63,329 bases of DNA, filler included, from Stramenopiles sp. TOSAG23-6 (GCA_900128565.1; 28 parts of 28 records of this genome joined end to end with filler, not necessarily neighbours in it), one strand, 5' to 3'. Shown: positions 23,891 through 37,071, counted from the whole stretch's first letter. A program made the numbers and translations. The notes: generated by a model not told the origin, from the letters alone.

Positions 23891-24880
23891 ATGGACGAAA
23901 ATGAAAACTTTGAAAATGACGACTCAACATCTGTTTCAATAGGGAAATCAGGGTTCATTGACACACGAAATATTGGAAAGGATACAGTCAATGCAGATCA
24001 TTTGAGAACGTATGTGAATGATGAGATAGACATTTTCACAGAGAAGACACAAAAAAATATAGAAAACATATCGAAAATGCAAATTTCAAAGGATAGAAAA
24101 AAAAAGACTANAAAAAAAAAATTATTGGGTAGAAAATTTCATAGTAAAAAAAAGGATTTGAAGAAAATTAGACAAACTTTACCCATTGAGGAGTTTCCAA
24201 AACTAATAGCTGATTTAAGACTATGTAGATATAAGGTTGTACGGTGGGCGTGCAGGAGGTTAAGATGGCCATATTTAAAGAAAAATATTTCTGATATCTC
24301 AGCAGAGAAAAAATTATCGTATTGCAAAGGTTGTATGTTTTTTTTTTTTTAATTTCGAATTTATTTTTTTTTTTATAGTAAATTTTGTACCTAACAAAAA
24401 AATATTCAAAAAAAAAAAAGAAATATATTTTTATACTACATGTACTCCTGCTAATAGTGAAATTGGAAAGCATATAGAATATACAAAATACAATCAAAAT
24501 ATGATTGATCACTCAAATCATAATTCTACTATTAATACTTTTAATAAGCAAAATTATGTTACAGATAAACAATATATAAAAAATACAAAAAATACAAAAA
24601 ATACTACATTTCTAGACAATTCTATACATAAAGAAAAAAAACAAATGTCTGAAAAATTCGTACCAAATTTTGTACCTAAAGAAACAACACAAAAAAGCCA
24701 AAAAAGCCAAAAAAGCGTTGCTGGTTTAGTGTTTCATTACCCCCCGAGAACAATGCAATGGAAGCAAGATAATAAAACTGGATTTCGTTTACGGTTAGGA
24801 ATGACGGGAAATCATGTTTGTTTTCATCAAAAAGAAAATTTCGTACCAAATTTCGTACCAAGAAAAAAAAAACGATTTTT
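23891..24880 (+). CDS. Unknown protein, 3' partial; intron 24333-24441
   Basis: ggt t|GTATGT...CTACAT|gt act joins ORFs 23891 and 24501 in frame (CKGCTP). Confidence 0.5.
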
Positions 24881-25049
24881 TTTTTTTTTTTTTTTTTNNN
24901 NNNNNNNNNNNNNNNNNNNNNNNNNNNNNNNNNNNNNNNNNTTAATTAATTAANNNNNNNNNNNNNNNNNNNNNNNNNNNNNNNNNNNNNNNNNNNNACG
25001 AAATTTTGTACCTAACGATATTTTTTTGAAATATTTTTCCAAAATACAT

Positions 25050-27093
25050 GTTAGATCATGCTCACTTTTTATTAGCATTTTTAATGTTACAGCGAAAAAA
25101 AGGAGATATTGATCAAAAAATACCTCCGAAAATTGAGACACGAATTATGTAGGTTTTTTTTTTTTTTTTTTCAACATGAATATCAGAATATTTTTTGTAT
25201 ACAAAATTTTTTTTTTTTTTTTTCAAATATTTTTTTTAAATCAACTTTTTGATTGTAAAATATTTTTTTTTCAAATATTTTTTTTAAATCAACTTTTTGA
25301 TTGTACAATATTTTTCCATGTACATGTGTCCCTTAGCAGATGAGCAAAGATTTTGGTATAAAAGATTACTACTTAAAGAATCTAAACAATTAGAACAGTT
25401 GGAAAAAATTGCTCAACATCGCGACAATACGAAAAATATATCACAAACAATTTTAGGTAATGATTGGAAACGGTTACGCTCTCTTTTAATGCAGTTACGA
25501 AAATGTTGTAATCACCCTTTTTTATTTCCAAAAGCTGAAGCATCGATGATTTCAGATATCAAACAACGTTANAAACGAATTCGAAATGAAAGAAAAAAAA
25601 ATACAAATAATACTACAAATGATAATATTACAAATAATACAAATAATAATACTACTACAAATAATACAAATAATAATAATACTACAAATAATAATACAAA
25701 TAATAATAATACTACAAATAATAATACTACAAATAATAATACTACAAATAATAATACAAATAATACTAATAATACTACAAATAATAATACTATAAATAAT
25801 ACTAATAATACTACTACAAAACAACAAACAATATTAAGAGATAAAGAAATTGCAGAATGTATAATCAATGCTAGTGGTAAAATGATAATTCTTGATAAAA
25901 TGTTACATCATTTATTTGCAAATGGACATAGAATTGTTATATTTTCGCAATTTACAAAATTTCTAAATATTATTCATGACTATTTGAATTATCGAAAAAT
26001 TCAATTTGTACGATTAGATGGCAGTGTCAGTCGAGTAAGACGGATGATTGACATTTCAGAATTTAATAAACCGAATTCTCCCTATAAGGTATTTTTAATG
26101 AGTACTCGTGCTGGTGGGTTAGGTGTAAATCTACAGTCTGCGGATACAGTCATATTAATGGATTCAGATTGGAATCCACAAGTGGATCAGCAGGCTATGG
26201 CTCGAGTTCACCGAATTGGACAAAAAAAAATTACTCATATTTATAGATTTGTATCTGCTGGTACAATGGAGGAAAGAATGGTACAGAGAGCTGAAAAAAA
26301 ACTATTTTTAGACACTATGGTAAATAAAGGTGGTTCTATCAAATCTTCCATGGCAATGCAATCAAAAAATAACAACGATTTTACCCGTACTAACCCTAAC
26401 CCTAGTAAACATAGTAATCATTGTAATAGTATAAAAAATAGCAACAATAGTAGCAATGAAACATTAAGCGATATGGATTTGTTTAAAGCTTTAAGTTTTG
26501 GTGTTGATCGAATTTTTGATTCTCGACAATCATCACAAAAACACGAAAAAACGACATTTTTGTCAGATGAAGATATTTTAGAAATTATTCAACGAAAACA
26601 TCCAAATGATATAAATACCCCTAACCCTAGTGGTGATACAAATGTGGATTATACCACTACTACTGATATCAATAACAAAAATAACAAAAATAACAAAAAT
26701 TTTGAAACAACAAACCCTAACCCTAGTCTAAACCCTAACCCTACAGGACACGAGACAAAAACAAATAAAAAATGTGTCGCTTTGTCATATCATCAAAAAA
26801 ATACTACAAAAGATTTTGATGAGAATTTAGGATTTGTCGCTTTACGCGAATTTGAAGGTAAACATTATTCTAGGTTTGGTACGAAATGTAGTACAGATTC
26901 AAGAAAAAGTATTGATTATATCGAAAATGATAAAAATGATAAAAACCCTAACCCTCCTGTAAAAAAAAGAAAAAACGATTGTTTAGATTATAACCCTAAC
27001 CCTACTTCCTCCATGAGTGATGACCCAGTACTGTATAAACCGTTTCAAAAACGAAAACGAAACAAAAGATTTCTGTATTTTTTATTATTATGA
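25050..27093 (+). CDS. SNF2-family chromatin-remodelling ATPase, helicase C-terminal part; intron 25149-25325; Asn/Thr-rich insert
   Basis: IPPKIETRIM|CPL, LMQLRKCCNHPFLF, SGKM, FSQF, RLDG, STRAGGLGVNLQSADTV, DWNPQVDQQAMARVHRIGQ. Confidence 0.92.
25600..25820 (+). repeat. AAT/ACT/ACA low-complexity coding microsatellite (poly-N/T)
   Basis: Direct reading. Confidence 0.9.
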
Positions 27094-27318
27094 AAAAACA
27101 AAAATAAAAAAATGAATAATCATAATTCAAACACAATATTCTTTGGTTGTAGTCATATTTGAAATANNNNNNNNNNNNNNNNNNNNNNNNNNNNNNNNNN
27201 NNNNNNNNNNTTAATTAATTAANNNNNNNNNNNNNNNNNNNNNNNNNNNNNNNNNNNNNNNNNNNNACGAAATTTTGTACCTAACGATTTTTTTTTGAAA
27301 TATTTTTCCAAAATACAT

Positions 27319-28416
27319 TTACTTTCTCATTTTTCATGTAAAGATTTAAATGAAAATTTTCTCGTCACTGCAACGAATGCTTGTATGTTCATTCTGAAGC
27401 AAAAAATAGGAAAATATAAAACACAATATTCGGCAAATACGATACAACTAATTGAGGAAATTGTGAATTTTCTCCTCCAAACAAATATTAAATTGGTAAA
27501 TTTTGTAAAATCTGCATCATCTGCGCTTCAATCACTTACAATACTTGCTCCAGTTTTGCGTATTTGGCTTAAATTCTTTCGATGTACAAATGGGGGTTTG
27601 TATATGAAAAGTGTCGCCTCCCCGAAGGGTACAAAAACAATCAGTGGTGAACTCGGCTTACTGTGTGAATGTTTACAACTTGTCCATAAATCCTTAATTA
27701 AATATGGAATCCGTTCAAATCCCGAAGTTAGAGAAAAAATAAAACTTTTATTGATTATTACTGAAGGCTGTACATGCCTTGAAAATATATCAAATTGCCT
27801 TCGAGAAATATTAAATTTCCCAGTGTCTGGATGTCGACGTAAATTCCAAATTCATGTAAAAGATGAAAATAATAAAAGTAAAAAACGTAAAATGAACTGC
27901 GATATTACTAATAGCAATTTGATACATCATACTAGTAATAAAACTGATCACTACGTAACCATCGCGCCCAAAAAAATATGCGGAATTCCCCATAAAATGC
28001 TGACAAAAAAACAAAAAGAAAATTTAAACAAAGTATCAGAGTTAAACTTTATAAATGTAACTCAACATCAACTCACACCGCCTGTTGTATACAGTGATGA
28101 TGAAGATGTCTCTAAGTCAAATATAATTCATCATGATGATATGAAAAAAGAAAATTGCCTAAAGGTAAAATCTGATATTCCAAGAAAAAGTCAAGATAAA
28201 AATAGTATTTGCAATGATAATAAACAAATAGAAAACACCCTTTGTAAAAAAAGTCAAGATAAAAATAGTATTTGCAATGATAATAAACAAATAAAAAACA
28301 CCCTTTGTAAAATTGATAAACTTGAGATTTTATGCAATAAATTACTTCAAGAAAATACCGAACTGAGGCGAGAAATGCTCGAACTAAAACGGAGAATGAT
28401 AGACTTAGAAAAATAG
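27319..28416 (+). CDS. Unknown protein, terminal exon, with a 63-bp tandem duplication and C-terminal coiled coil
   Basis: Begins after CCAAAATACAT; long ORF; KSQDKNSICNDNKQI(E/K)NTLCK twice. Confidence 0.6.
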   Translation, partial: LLSHFSCKDLNENFLVTATNACMFILKQKIGKYKTQYSANTIQLIEEIVNFLLQTNIKLVNFVKSASSALQSLTILAPVLRIWLKFFRCTNGGLYMKSVASPKGTKTISGELGLLCECLQLVHKSLIKYGIRSNPEVREKIKLLLIITEGCTCLENISNCLREILNFPVSGCRRKFQIHVKDENNKSKKRKMNCDITNSNLIHHTSNKTDHYVTIAPKKICGIPHKMLTKKQKENLNKVSELNFINVTQHQLTPPVVYSDDEDVSKSNIIHHDDMKKENCLKVKSDIPRKSQDKNSICNDNKQIENTLCKKSQDKNSICNDNKQIKNTLCKIDKLEILCNKLLQENTELRREMLELKRRMIDLEK

Positions 28417-28693
28417 ATTTCATAAAGAATGGTAATACATGTATTACATAGTAGTGAGTAGTGTAGTAAAGTGTTGTATTTCGTGAAAAATAAAAATATT
28501 CAATATTATGATAATATTGTATTATTATTGAAATTCATCAGGACCTGGATTTCGTGTATTATAAAATTCCGTCGTGCACGTGAAAAACAAATTTGAAAAG
28601 TCACTGACTATAGATAAATATTATCCAACTTGAAACAATTGGATTTCCTCTTGACCTGTTAGTGTTCTGGGGATAGACTTGCCATTTGAATAT

Positions 28694-29351
28694 ATGGCTT
28701 GGTCAGAGAGTGATGATGGTGTTCGGCTTCTCGCGGATCACTTGGCAAAGTCAAAGCTTGCTTCGGAGGAAGCAATTTATAAGTTAAAGCGGCAGAATAC
28801 AAAAATAGCTGAAGAGTCGAGTGAATTAAAGGAGGCACTTGATGTAGCATACCGCCGCATACAAGAGCTTGAAGTTGAAAGTTTGATGCTAAAGCGGCAA
28901 GGGACAAAAAAATATAAAATTGAGGAAAGAAATGACTGGCAAGCTTTGGTAAACGCTCTGAACAAAGATCGAAGTAGAGTACAGAAAGAAAATGACGAAC
29001 TTTTGAAAGAAAGCCAAAAACTACAGAAACGAATAGAAAAGCTTACTAAAGAAAAAACAAATAGTAATGAAAATATCGAATCAACTTCAGAGCCTCACCT
29101 ACAAGATGATGCATCTTCGCCTTCTTCGCCTAAACCCAGTATAGGGAAAACACAACAACTTCAGATAGACCCCGAAGCTAAATGCCTGCAGTTTGCAGTG
29201 GAAAATACATCCCTCAAAGCAAACTTGGCTAAATTAGAAATAGAAAATCAGCAACTTAAAGGTTGTTGTGTTTTACACGGCATTAATTATGAAGACTATT
29301 TTGAGAAGGGTGCTCAAAATAACAGCAGTGATATAGTTGTGAGGAGCTCAC
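28694..29351 (+). CDS. Coiled-coil protein, 3' partial
   Basis: ORF from ATG (MAWSESDDG); heptad-rich; ends at donor GTAGGT followed by the family core. Confidence 0.55.
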
Positions 29352-29797
29352 GTAGGTTTTCAACATTAAATTTCGAATTTTTTGTACCAAATTTTGTACC
29401 TAACGAATTTCGAATGTAAAATAAATTTCACAATNNNNNNNNNNNNNNNNNNNNNNNNNNNNNNNNNNNNNNNNNNNNTTAATTAATTAANNNNNNNNNN
29501 NNNNNNNNNNNNNNNNNNNNNNNNNNNNNNNNNNGTTTGACCAACATCATCATATTCTTGTTTTGTATTTTTCATATTTTTATTCGTCGTAGACTCATTG
29601 GACAGTTGATGAATCTCTGATGTATCAATGATATCACTCTTATCATCTAGTTCAAGTAATAATGATTCCATGCGCTTTTTGTTTCGTTCATATTGCTTTT
29701 GAGCATTAATCATCTGTAACTGTGCTTCATCTCTAGCTTTGTAGTCCTCAATTTCAAGGTTTTCAAATACTTGACGATAAATTTGTTTCTCTCTACG

Positions 29798-30592
29798 CAT
29801 GAAGAGAAAATAGCCAAACGTCAACAACTTGTGAATAATTTAGAAAATGAAACTGAAAAAATCAAAGATCAAATAAATGATTTTCAATTGAGAACAAAAG
29901 AATACGAGAATTCTATTCGTTCAATGTTGCCACAATTGCGTAAACTATATGATATCGTAGGTGGGAGAGAATTGTCTGAGAAGTTATCGGAATTTTTAGC
30001 ACAGCCTGTAGATATATCACAGGGCGATGAAGCAAATAATAATGGATTTGAGGCTGCAATTGCTGCAACTGATGGAATTAGCGAAGATACAGATGTTTTG
30101 TCTGATATTCACTTAATTAAAAAAGACTCGAAGGAAACAATGTCAGCTGTATCACCAAAAGAAATTGTGAAACTTTTAGCATTTGTGGAAAACCGAGTTC
30201 ACACTATATGCCATGTAATGGCTGCATTTAGTCATCATAAACGTGATATGCGAAAACAAAAAGGTAAACATGACATTTCTTCTCCAAAAACAAAAAGAAT
30301 GTCTCGAAAACGAGTAAATATTGATGGTACTCAGGAAGCTATAGCAGAAGATGAAATATCAGGTAGAACATTATTAGAAAGCGGATCCCTCATTCCTGGG
30401 CCTACAACCGAATCTGGAGATATTCGAAATCAAATTGAGAAATTGCAAATGGTCATTCCAAATAGTGCTGCGCCTGGCAAGGGTGATAATTCTACAACAT
30501 TTCGCCAGTCTCGTAGAGAAAATCAGGAGCGTGTTGTAGTTGAGCACAGTGATAAATTAGTCGGAGCTCCAAACAAAAAAAAAACTTCATAG
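29798..30592 (+). CDS. Coiled-coil protein fragment, 5' end unclear
   Basis: Long ORF without a good start; abuts an opposite-strand coiled-coil ORF (29535-29800). Confidence 0.45.
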   Translation, partial: HEEKIAKRQQLVNNLENETEKIKDQINDFQLRTKEYENSIRSMLPQLRKLYDIVGGRELSEKLSEFLAQPVDISQGDEANNNGFEAAIAATDGISEDTDVLSDIHLIKKDSKETMSAVSPKEIVKLLAFVENRVHTICHVMAAFSHHKRDMRKQKGKHDISSPKTKRMSRKRVNIDGTQEAIAEDEISGRTLLESGSLIPGPTTESGDIRNQIEKLQMVIPNSAAPGKGDNSTTFRQSRRENQERVVVEHSDKLVGAPNKKKTS

Positions 30593-30712
30593 CAATAAAA
30601 AAATTTTTTTAAAATTGTATTCATTTGTGTCAATTCCCGATTAAAATAATTGAAATAACAGAGATACCCAAAATATATGTATCAAAATTAATACAAGTTT
30701 CTTTCTCAAATG

Positions 30713-31702
30713 TTACAAATAGAGACCTTCGGGTACGTCCCCTTTCTTCCTGTAAAGTGCTTTTTCCTTTGCTTTAGTAAAATCAGCCATAGTTACTTTC
30801 ATGCGACGTTCTCTCAGTGCCAAAAGTCCAGCTTCAGTACAAATAGCTTTCACATCAGCACCAGAAAGTTCATCTTTGGACATTACAAATACTTCAAGGT
30901 CAACGTCATCTGCAAGAGTCATTTTCGACGTATGAATATCAAAAATATGTTTTTTTGTCTTGGCATCAGGCATTGGAAACTCTATTTTACGATCAATTCG
31001 ACCTGGTCGAAGAAGTGCTGGATCAAGCGATTCAATTCTGTTTGTAGCCATAATAACTTTAACATCTCCACGTTCATCAAAACCGTCAAGCTGATTTAAA
31101 AGTTCAAGCATTGTTCTTTGAATTTCTTTTTCACCACCTGACGTTGAGTCATAACGTTTCGATCCTACAGCATCAATTTCATCCATAAAAACTATTGAAG
31201 GGGCATGCTCTTCTGCAACACGAAATAACTCTCTAACCATTTTTGGACCATCACCTAGGTATTTCTGAATTAACTCTGAACNNNNNNNNNNNNNNNNNNN
31301 NNNNNNNNNNNNNNNNNNNNNNNNNNNNNNNNNNNCCAACAGTGTTTTTCCTGTACCGGGAGGACCGTATAGAATGACACCCTTTGGAGGTCTAATCCCT
31401 ATATCCTCATATAATTCAGGATGTGTAAGAGGAAGTTCAACAGCTTCTTTAATTTCTTGAATCTGTTTATCCAAACCTCCAATATCAACATACGTTGCGT
31501 CACGAGCTTTATCTACCTTCATTACACTTACCATTGGGTCAACGTTGTCAGCCAAAATTCCAACGATTGCATTCACTTTATTATGAAGCAATACAGAGCA
31601 ACCAGGTTCAAGGTTGTCTTTATCGACAAATGACATTATACCTACATAATATTCAGGTCCCGTTGAGGAGGAGACAATAGCGTGGTTATCGTCAATGATC
31701 TC
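30713..31702 (-). CDS. PSMC1: 26S proteasome AAA-ATPase subunit RPT2 (regulatory subunit 4), 5' partial
   Basis: [51 protein letters not shown]-terminal PEGLYL. Confidence 0.96.
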   Translation of the reverse strand, partial: EIIDDNHAIVSSSTGPEYYVGIMSFVDKDNLEPGCSVLLHNKVNAIVGILADNVDPMVSVMKVDKARDATYVDIGGLDKQIQEIKEAVELPLTHPELYEDIGIRPPKGVILYGPPGTGKTLLXXXXXXXXXXXXXXXXXXXSELIQKYLGDGPKMVRELFRVAEEHAPSIVFMDEIDAVGSKRYDSTSGGEKEIQRTMLELLNQLDGFDERGDVKVIMATNRIESLDPALLRPGRIDRKIEFPMPDAKTKKHIFDIHTSKMTLADDVDLEVFVMSKDELSGADVKAICTEAGLLALRERRMKVTMADFTKAKEKALYRKKGDVPEGLYL

Positions 31703-31802
31703 NNNNNNNNNNNNNNNNNNNNNNNNNNNNNNNNNNNNNNNNNNNNTTAATTAATTAANNNNNNNNNNNNNNNNNNNNNNNNNNNNNNNNNNNNNNNNNN
31801 NN

Positions 31803-32183
31803 CAGGTGGGTTTGGTGCTATAAGTGGCGGAGCGTCTGCTTTCGGTGGTTCTTCATAGGCTGGAGGAGCAACATTATGCTTTTCAGAGCCTGGCATTCTT
31901 ACAAGTACTTTAGAACAGAACCGACATTCATTTCCACCACGCTCCATTTCGAATTGTTTACAAGTCATTCCAGTATGATACGGCATCGCAAAACAAGAAC
32001 TACAAAATATTGTATCACATTTAGGACAACGCAAGCGATTCTGATTAAAATGTTTCAATGCCATACCAGATAATTTCGACCCATCAGGCATACGTTCAGA
32101 GTCTGGGGCAGGTAATAGTAAAGCACTATCGTTATTCGCTAATACAGACTTTTCAAGGGGCAACCTACATGAAGGTTCGGGGC
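31803..32183 (-). CDS. IBR/RBR-type zinc-finger protein fragment
   Basis: CPEPSC...RLRCPKCDTIFCSSCFAMPYHTGMTC. Confidence 0.65.
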
Positions 32184-32284
32184 ATGGATTATGAAAAAAT
32201 ATTTCGAAAAAAAAATCGTTAGGTACAAAATTTCGTACGAAAAAAAATTTCGATTTTTTTGTAAAAAAAAAAAATAAAACATAC
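32184..32284 (-). mobile_element. Introner-like intron, GTATGT...ATCCAT
   Basis: gca t|GTATGT...CAT|gc ccc; family consensus. Confidence 0.75.
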
Positions 32285-33106
32285 ATGCTTTTTTGCCTAT
32301 TGTTTTTACACTTTTTGGAATTTTGATTGTAGCTAGAGGGGTGCCAGCAAATGCATATGCGTCGATCGTTTCCGTCGTCGCTGGTAGTGTAAATTCACTA
32401 ATTTTTGTATTTGAAAAACAGCCACTTTTAAAATGTTTCACAGCTTCTTTGTTTGTAACAGTAGTAAGTTTTGAACAACCACCAACCAATCCAGATTGAA
32501 CTGTATGTATTTTGGAAAAATATTCAAAAAAAAATCTAAAAAAATCGTTAGGTACGAAATTCCGTACGAAAAAAAAATCGAATTTGAAAAAAAAATAAAA
32601 CATACATCAGTGCCTTTCTGCAGCTGAATTGTTGTCAACTCTGAGCTACCAAAAAACAAACTGTTACCAACACTAGTGACATGGGTTGGAATTGAAACAG
32701 TGGTTATTGCCCTGCTGGTTGAAAAGGCATGATCTCCCAGTGTTTTAAGACTTCCTGGAAAGGAAAGAATTTTAATTTTGTTCCCATTAAACGCATTTTG
32801 TTCAATGGTGACTAAGTTTTGGGCTTCAGAAATATCAAGATCTTCCAAGTGGTTACAATTCTGAAACATTTTTGCATTAATCTTTGTCACATTCTTTGTG
32901 ATTTTAACCTTTACGATATTCGGACAATGCATTGGTGCGCAGACGCCGTTATTCGAGGTGTAGGTTTTGGTGGAATTTTCTTTAAGCGTCAAAGTTGTAT
33001 CGAGAATGGTATAACTGTTTTGATCGATATTGCAATCGACAACAGCCGCTGCAAAATGGACATTTGCTGCGAAAATTGCAATTAAGAGTAAAGCGTAATT
33101 GGACAT
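32285..33106 (-). CDS. Secreted/surface BspA-type (LRR_5) leucine-rich-repeat protein; intron 32505-32605
   Basis: Signal peptide; xxIPxSVxTIGxxAF-type repeats; KGTD|TVQSG joined in frame. Confidence 0.8.
32505..32605 (-). mobile_element. Introner-like intron, GTATGT...AATACAT
   Basis: AT acceptor keeps the LRR frame; the next AG (4 nt downstream) shifts frame to a stop. Confidence 0.8.
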
Positions 33107-33455
33107 ATTTAACTTTTTACACTTATGAAAAAAGTTACAAGTTCCAAGGATTTAAATTAGCTTTTCAATTAACAACAAATATAGTTTATGAGCTTTTACG
33201 GTTTTTTGAGTAATTTTTTTTGATGTCCCATCAAACTTTTTGATGTCAAATCAAAAATTTCAAAATTTCCCGCAAATTGACAATTTAAATTGTAGTATTG
33301 TATACGGTTACATAATGACCAGCTGCTGTTTACCACTTATACATTTGCAAGTGAGTACATAGGATTGATTACTACAAGTATTCGCTAATACCTACTATAA
33401 CATCAACGGAATAATTATTCACATTACATTATAATAAAGATTCATTTACGAAAGA

Positions 33456-33912
33456 ATGGCTGCAGTATTATGCACTGCTCCGTGTAAATGTGTCGCAGAA
33501 TGTTGTAAAGGTTGTTGCAAAGGAATTGAAGATTGTTGCAACAGCTGTGGTAAGTGTTGTGATAGTGTTTGCGGTGTTTGCGGACCCTGTTCTCAGTTTT
33601 TTTCTAAATTTCTTGAAAAGCCTTTCGCAGGGTATTGTCTCTTTACGCTTGGTGTTTGTGCTCTTCCTGGATTAGCAAGTTTCTATGCTTTTAGCGGATT
33701 TGCCAGTAGTGAAGACGATGAAGATTGTTCTTTAAGAATGTGGCACGTAGTTCAATGTTTGATCATGTTGAGTCATTTTTTCTTTGGGATGTATGTAGTA
33801 CAACGATTTTCTAGACCATATGATGAAAACAATCCTTCCGATAATACCCCTCAAAATCGATTTCAATACTTATTGTATCACGACCCAGTTATGGCATTGT
33901 ACATATTAGTTT
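33456..33912 (+). CDS. Membrane protein with Cys-rich N-terminus, 3' partial
   Basis: CC-rich start, hydrophobic segments, ends at donor GTATGT. Confidence 0.6.
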
Positions 33913-34066
33913 GTATGTTTTATTTTTTTTTTNANAAAAAAANCGAANTTTATTTTTCATACGAAANNNNNNNNNNNNNNNNNNNNNNNNNNNNNNNNNN
34001 NNNNNNNNNNTTAATTAATTAANNNNNNNNNNNNNNNNNNNNNNNNNNNNNNNNNNNNNNNNNNNN

Positions 34067-36230
34067 CAGGTGGGTTTGGTGCTATAAGTGGCGGAGCGTC
34101 TGCTTTCGGTGGTTCTTCATAGGCTGGAGGAGCAACATTATGCTTTTCAGAGCCTGGCATTCTTACAAGTACTTTAGAACAGAACCGACATTCATTTCCA
34201 CCACGCTCCATTTCGAATTGTTTACAAGTCATTCCAGTATGATACGGCATCGCAAAACAAGAACTACAAAATATTGTATCACATTTAGGACAACGCAAGC
34301 GATTCTGATTAAAATGTTTCAATGCCATACCAGATAATTTCGACCCATCAGGCATACGTTCAGAGTCTGGGGCAGGTAATAGTAAAGCACTATCGTTATT
34401 CGCTAATACAGACTTTTCAAGGGGCAACCTACATGAAGGTTCGGGGCATGGATTATGAAAAAATATTTCGAAAAAAAAATCGTTAGGTACAAAATTTCGT
34501 ACGAAAAAAAATTTCGATTTTTTTGTAAAAAAAAAAAATAAAACATACATGCTTTTTTGCCTATTGTTTTTACACTTTTTGGAATTTTGATTGTAGCTAG
34601 AGGGGTGCCAGCAAATGCATATGCGTCGATCGTTTCCGTCGTCGCTGGTAGTGTAAATTCACTAATTTTTGTATTTGAAAAACAGCCACTTTTAAAATGT
34701 TTCACAGCTTCTTTGTTTGTAACAGTAGTAAGTTTTGAACAACCACCAACCAATCCAGATTGAACTGTATGTATTTTGGAAAAATATTCAAAAAAAAATC
34801 TAAAAAAATCGTTAGGTACGAAATTCCGTACGAAAAAAAAATCGAATTTGAAAAAAAAATAAAACATACATCAGTGCCTTTCTGCAGCTGAATTGTTGTC
34901 AACTCTGAGCTACCAAAAAACAAACTGTTACCAACACTAGTGACATGGGTTGGAATTGAAACAGTGGTTATTGCCCTGCTGGTTGAAAAGGCATGATCTC
35001 CCAGTGTTTTAAGACTTCCTGGAAAGGAAAGAATTTTAATTTTGTTCCCATTAAACGCATTTTGTTCAATGGTGACTAAGTTTTGGGCTTCAGAAATATC
35101 AAGATCTTCCAAGTGGTTACAATTCTGAAACATTTTTGCATTAATCTTTGTCACATTCTTTGTGATTTTAACCTTTACGATATTCGGACAATGCATTGGT
35201 GCGCAGACGCCGTTATTCGAGGTGTAGGTTTTGGTGGAATTTTCTTTAAGCGTCAAAGTTGTATCGAGAATGGTATAACTGTTTTGATCGATATTGCAAT
35301 CGACAACAGCCGCTGCAAAATGGACATTTGCTGCGAAAATTGCAATTAAGAGTAAAGCGTAATTGGACATATTTAACTTTTTACACTTATGAAAAAAGTT
35401 ACAAGTTCCAAGGATTTAAATTAGCTTTTCAATTAACAACAAATATAGTTTATGAGCTTTTACGGTTTTTTGAGTAATTTTTTTTGATGTCCCATCAAAC
35501 TTTTTGATGTCAAATCAAAAATTTCAAAATTTCCCGCAAATTGACAATTTAAATTGTAGTATTGTATACGGTTACATAATGACCAGCTGCTGTTTACCAC
35601 TTATACATTTGCAAGTGAGTACATAGGATTGATTACTACAAGTATTCGCTAATACCTACTATAACATCAACGGAATAATTATTCACATTACATTATAATA
35701 AAGATTCATTTACGAAAGAATGGCTGCAGTATTATGCACTGCTCCGTGTAAATGTGTCGCAGAATGTTGTAAAGGTTGTTGCAAAGGAATTGAAGATTGT
35801 TGCAACAGCTGTGGTAAGTGTTGTGATAGTGTTTGCGGTGTTTGCGGACCCTGTTCTCAGTTTTTTTCTAAATTTCTTGAAAAGCCTTTCGCAGGGTATT
35901 GTCTCTTTACGCTTGGTGTTTGTGCTCTTCCTGGATTAGCAAGTTTCTATGCTTTTAGCGGATTTGCCAGTAGTGAAGACGATGAAGATTGTTCTTTAAG
36001 AATGTGGCACGTAGTTCAATGTTTGATCATGTTGAGTCATTTTTTCTTTGGGATGTATGTAGTACAACGATTTTCTAGACCATATGATGAAAACAATCCT
36101 TCCGATAATACCCCTCAAAATCGATTTCAATACTTATTGTATCACGACCCAGTTATGGCATTGTACATATTAGTTTGTATGTTTTATTTTTTTTTTNANA
36201 AAAAAANCGAANTTTATTTTTCATACGAAA
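34067..36230. repeat. Exact second copy of contig 31803-33966
   Basis: Identical ORFs offset by 2264, including identical single-N positions. Confidence 0.95.
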
Positions 36231-36918
36231 NNNNNNNNNNNNNNNNNNNNNNNNNNNNNNNNNNNNNNNNNNNNTTAATTAATTAANNNNNNNNNNNNNN
36301 NNNNNNNNNNNNNNNNNNNNNNNNNNNNNNTTTTTTTTTTTTTCGGAAAAAAAAAATCTTTAGGTAAAAAATTTCAAAAAAAAAAAAAAAAAAAAAAAAA
36401 TTTTTAAAATTTAAAAAATTTAAAAAAATAAATTCAAAAAAAAAATTTGAAAAATTAAAAAATACGTGATATTTACGAAGATTTCTTCGATAATGAATGT
36501 CGTCATCTTTTGACATCATACCTGACTTCACAGCTACTGCATTAGCCATTGTTTTCATTCTATCTTCTAGTCGATATTTTTTTCGAATTTTTTCAAATAT
36601 TTTTTTTTGATTTTTTTGATTTGATTTTTCCGTAGTTAAATCTGTACCTAACTGTTTCATAACACTAACCCTAGACATTGGATGTTTATCTTTTGTTTCT
36701 GTAATATCGGAGGAAATGTGAGAACAGTTTTGTTCCATTGAACAGTCATCTATTGGAAAATGAAGCCCAAGTGAAAACAATGCTTTTAATTGATTTTCAA
36801 CTAAACTACCAAAAATACGATGTTCATATAAAGGATCAATTGATGATGATATAATGGTAGGAACATATTTAAAAACATATATATTTATTTTGTTAGGTAT
36901 GAAATTTTTTTTTGGTTG

Positions 36919-36950
<32 letters not shown>

Positions 36951-36967
36951 AAAAAATTTTAAAAAAA

Positions 36968-37010
<43 letters not shown>

Positions 37011-37071
37011 CGTTCGAAATTTTTTTCCTAACGATTTTTTTTTTTTTTTGAAATATTTTTCCAAAATACAT

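Noticed and set aside
32139-32603. Recurrent peptides FFVRNFVPN / FSYEILYLT / KYFSKIH as a shared protein domain
   Set aside because: They are translations of the intron element in different frames.
32505-32605. Ciliate-style DNA-excised IES bounded by dinucleotide repeats
   Set aside because: Copies are strictly sense-oriented with a donor and branch motif, and some end in AG, pointing to RNA splicing; TAA and TAG are used as stops. Not formally excluded without reads.
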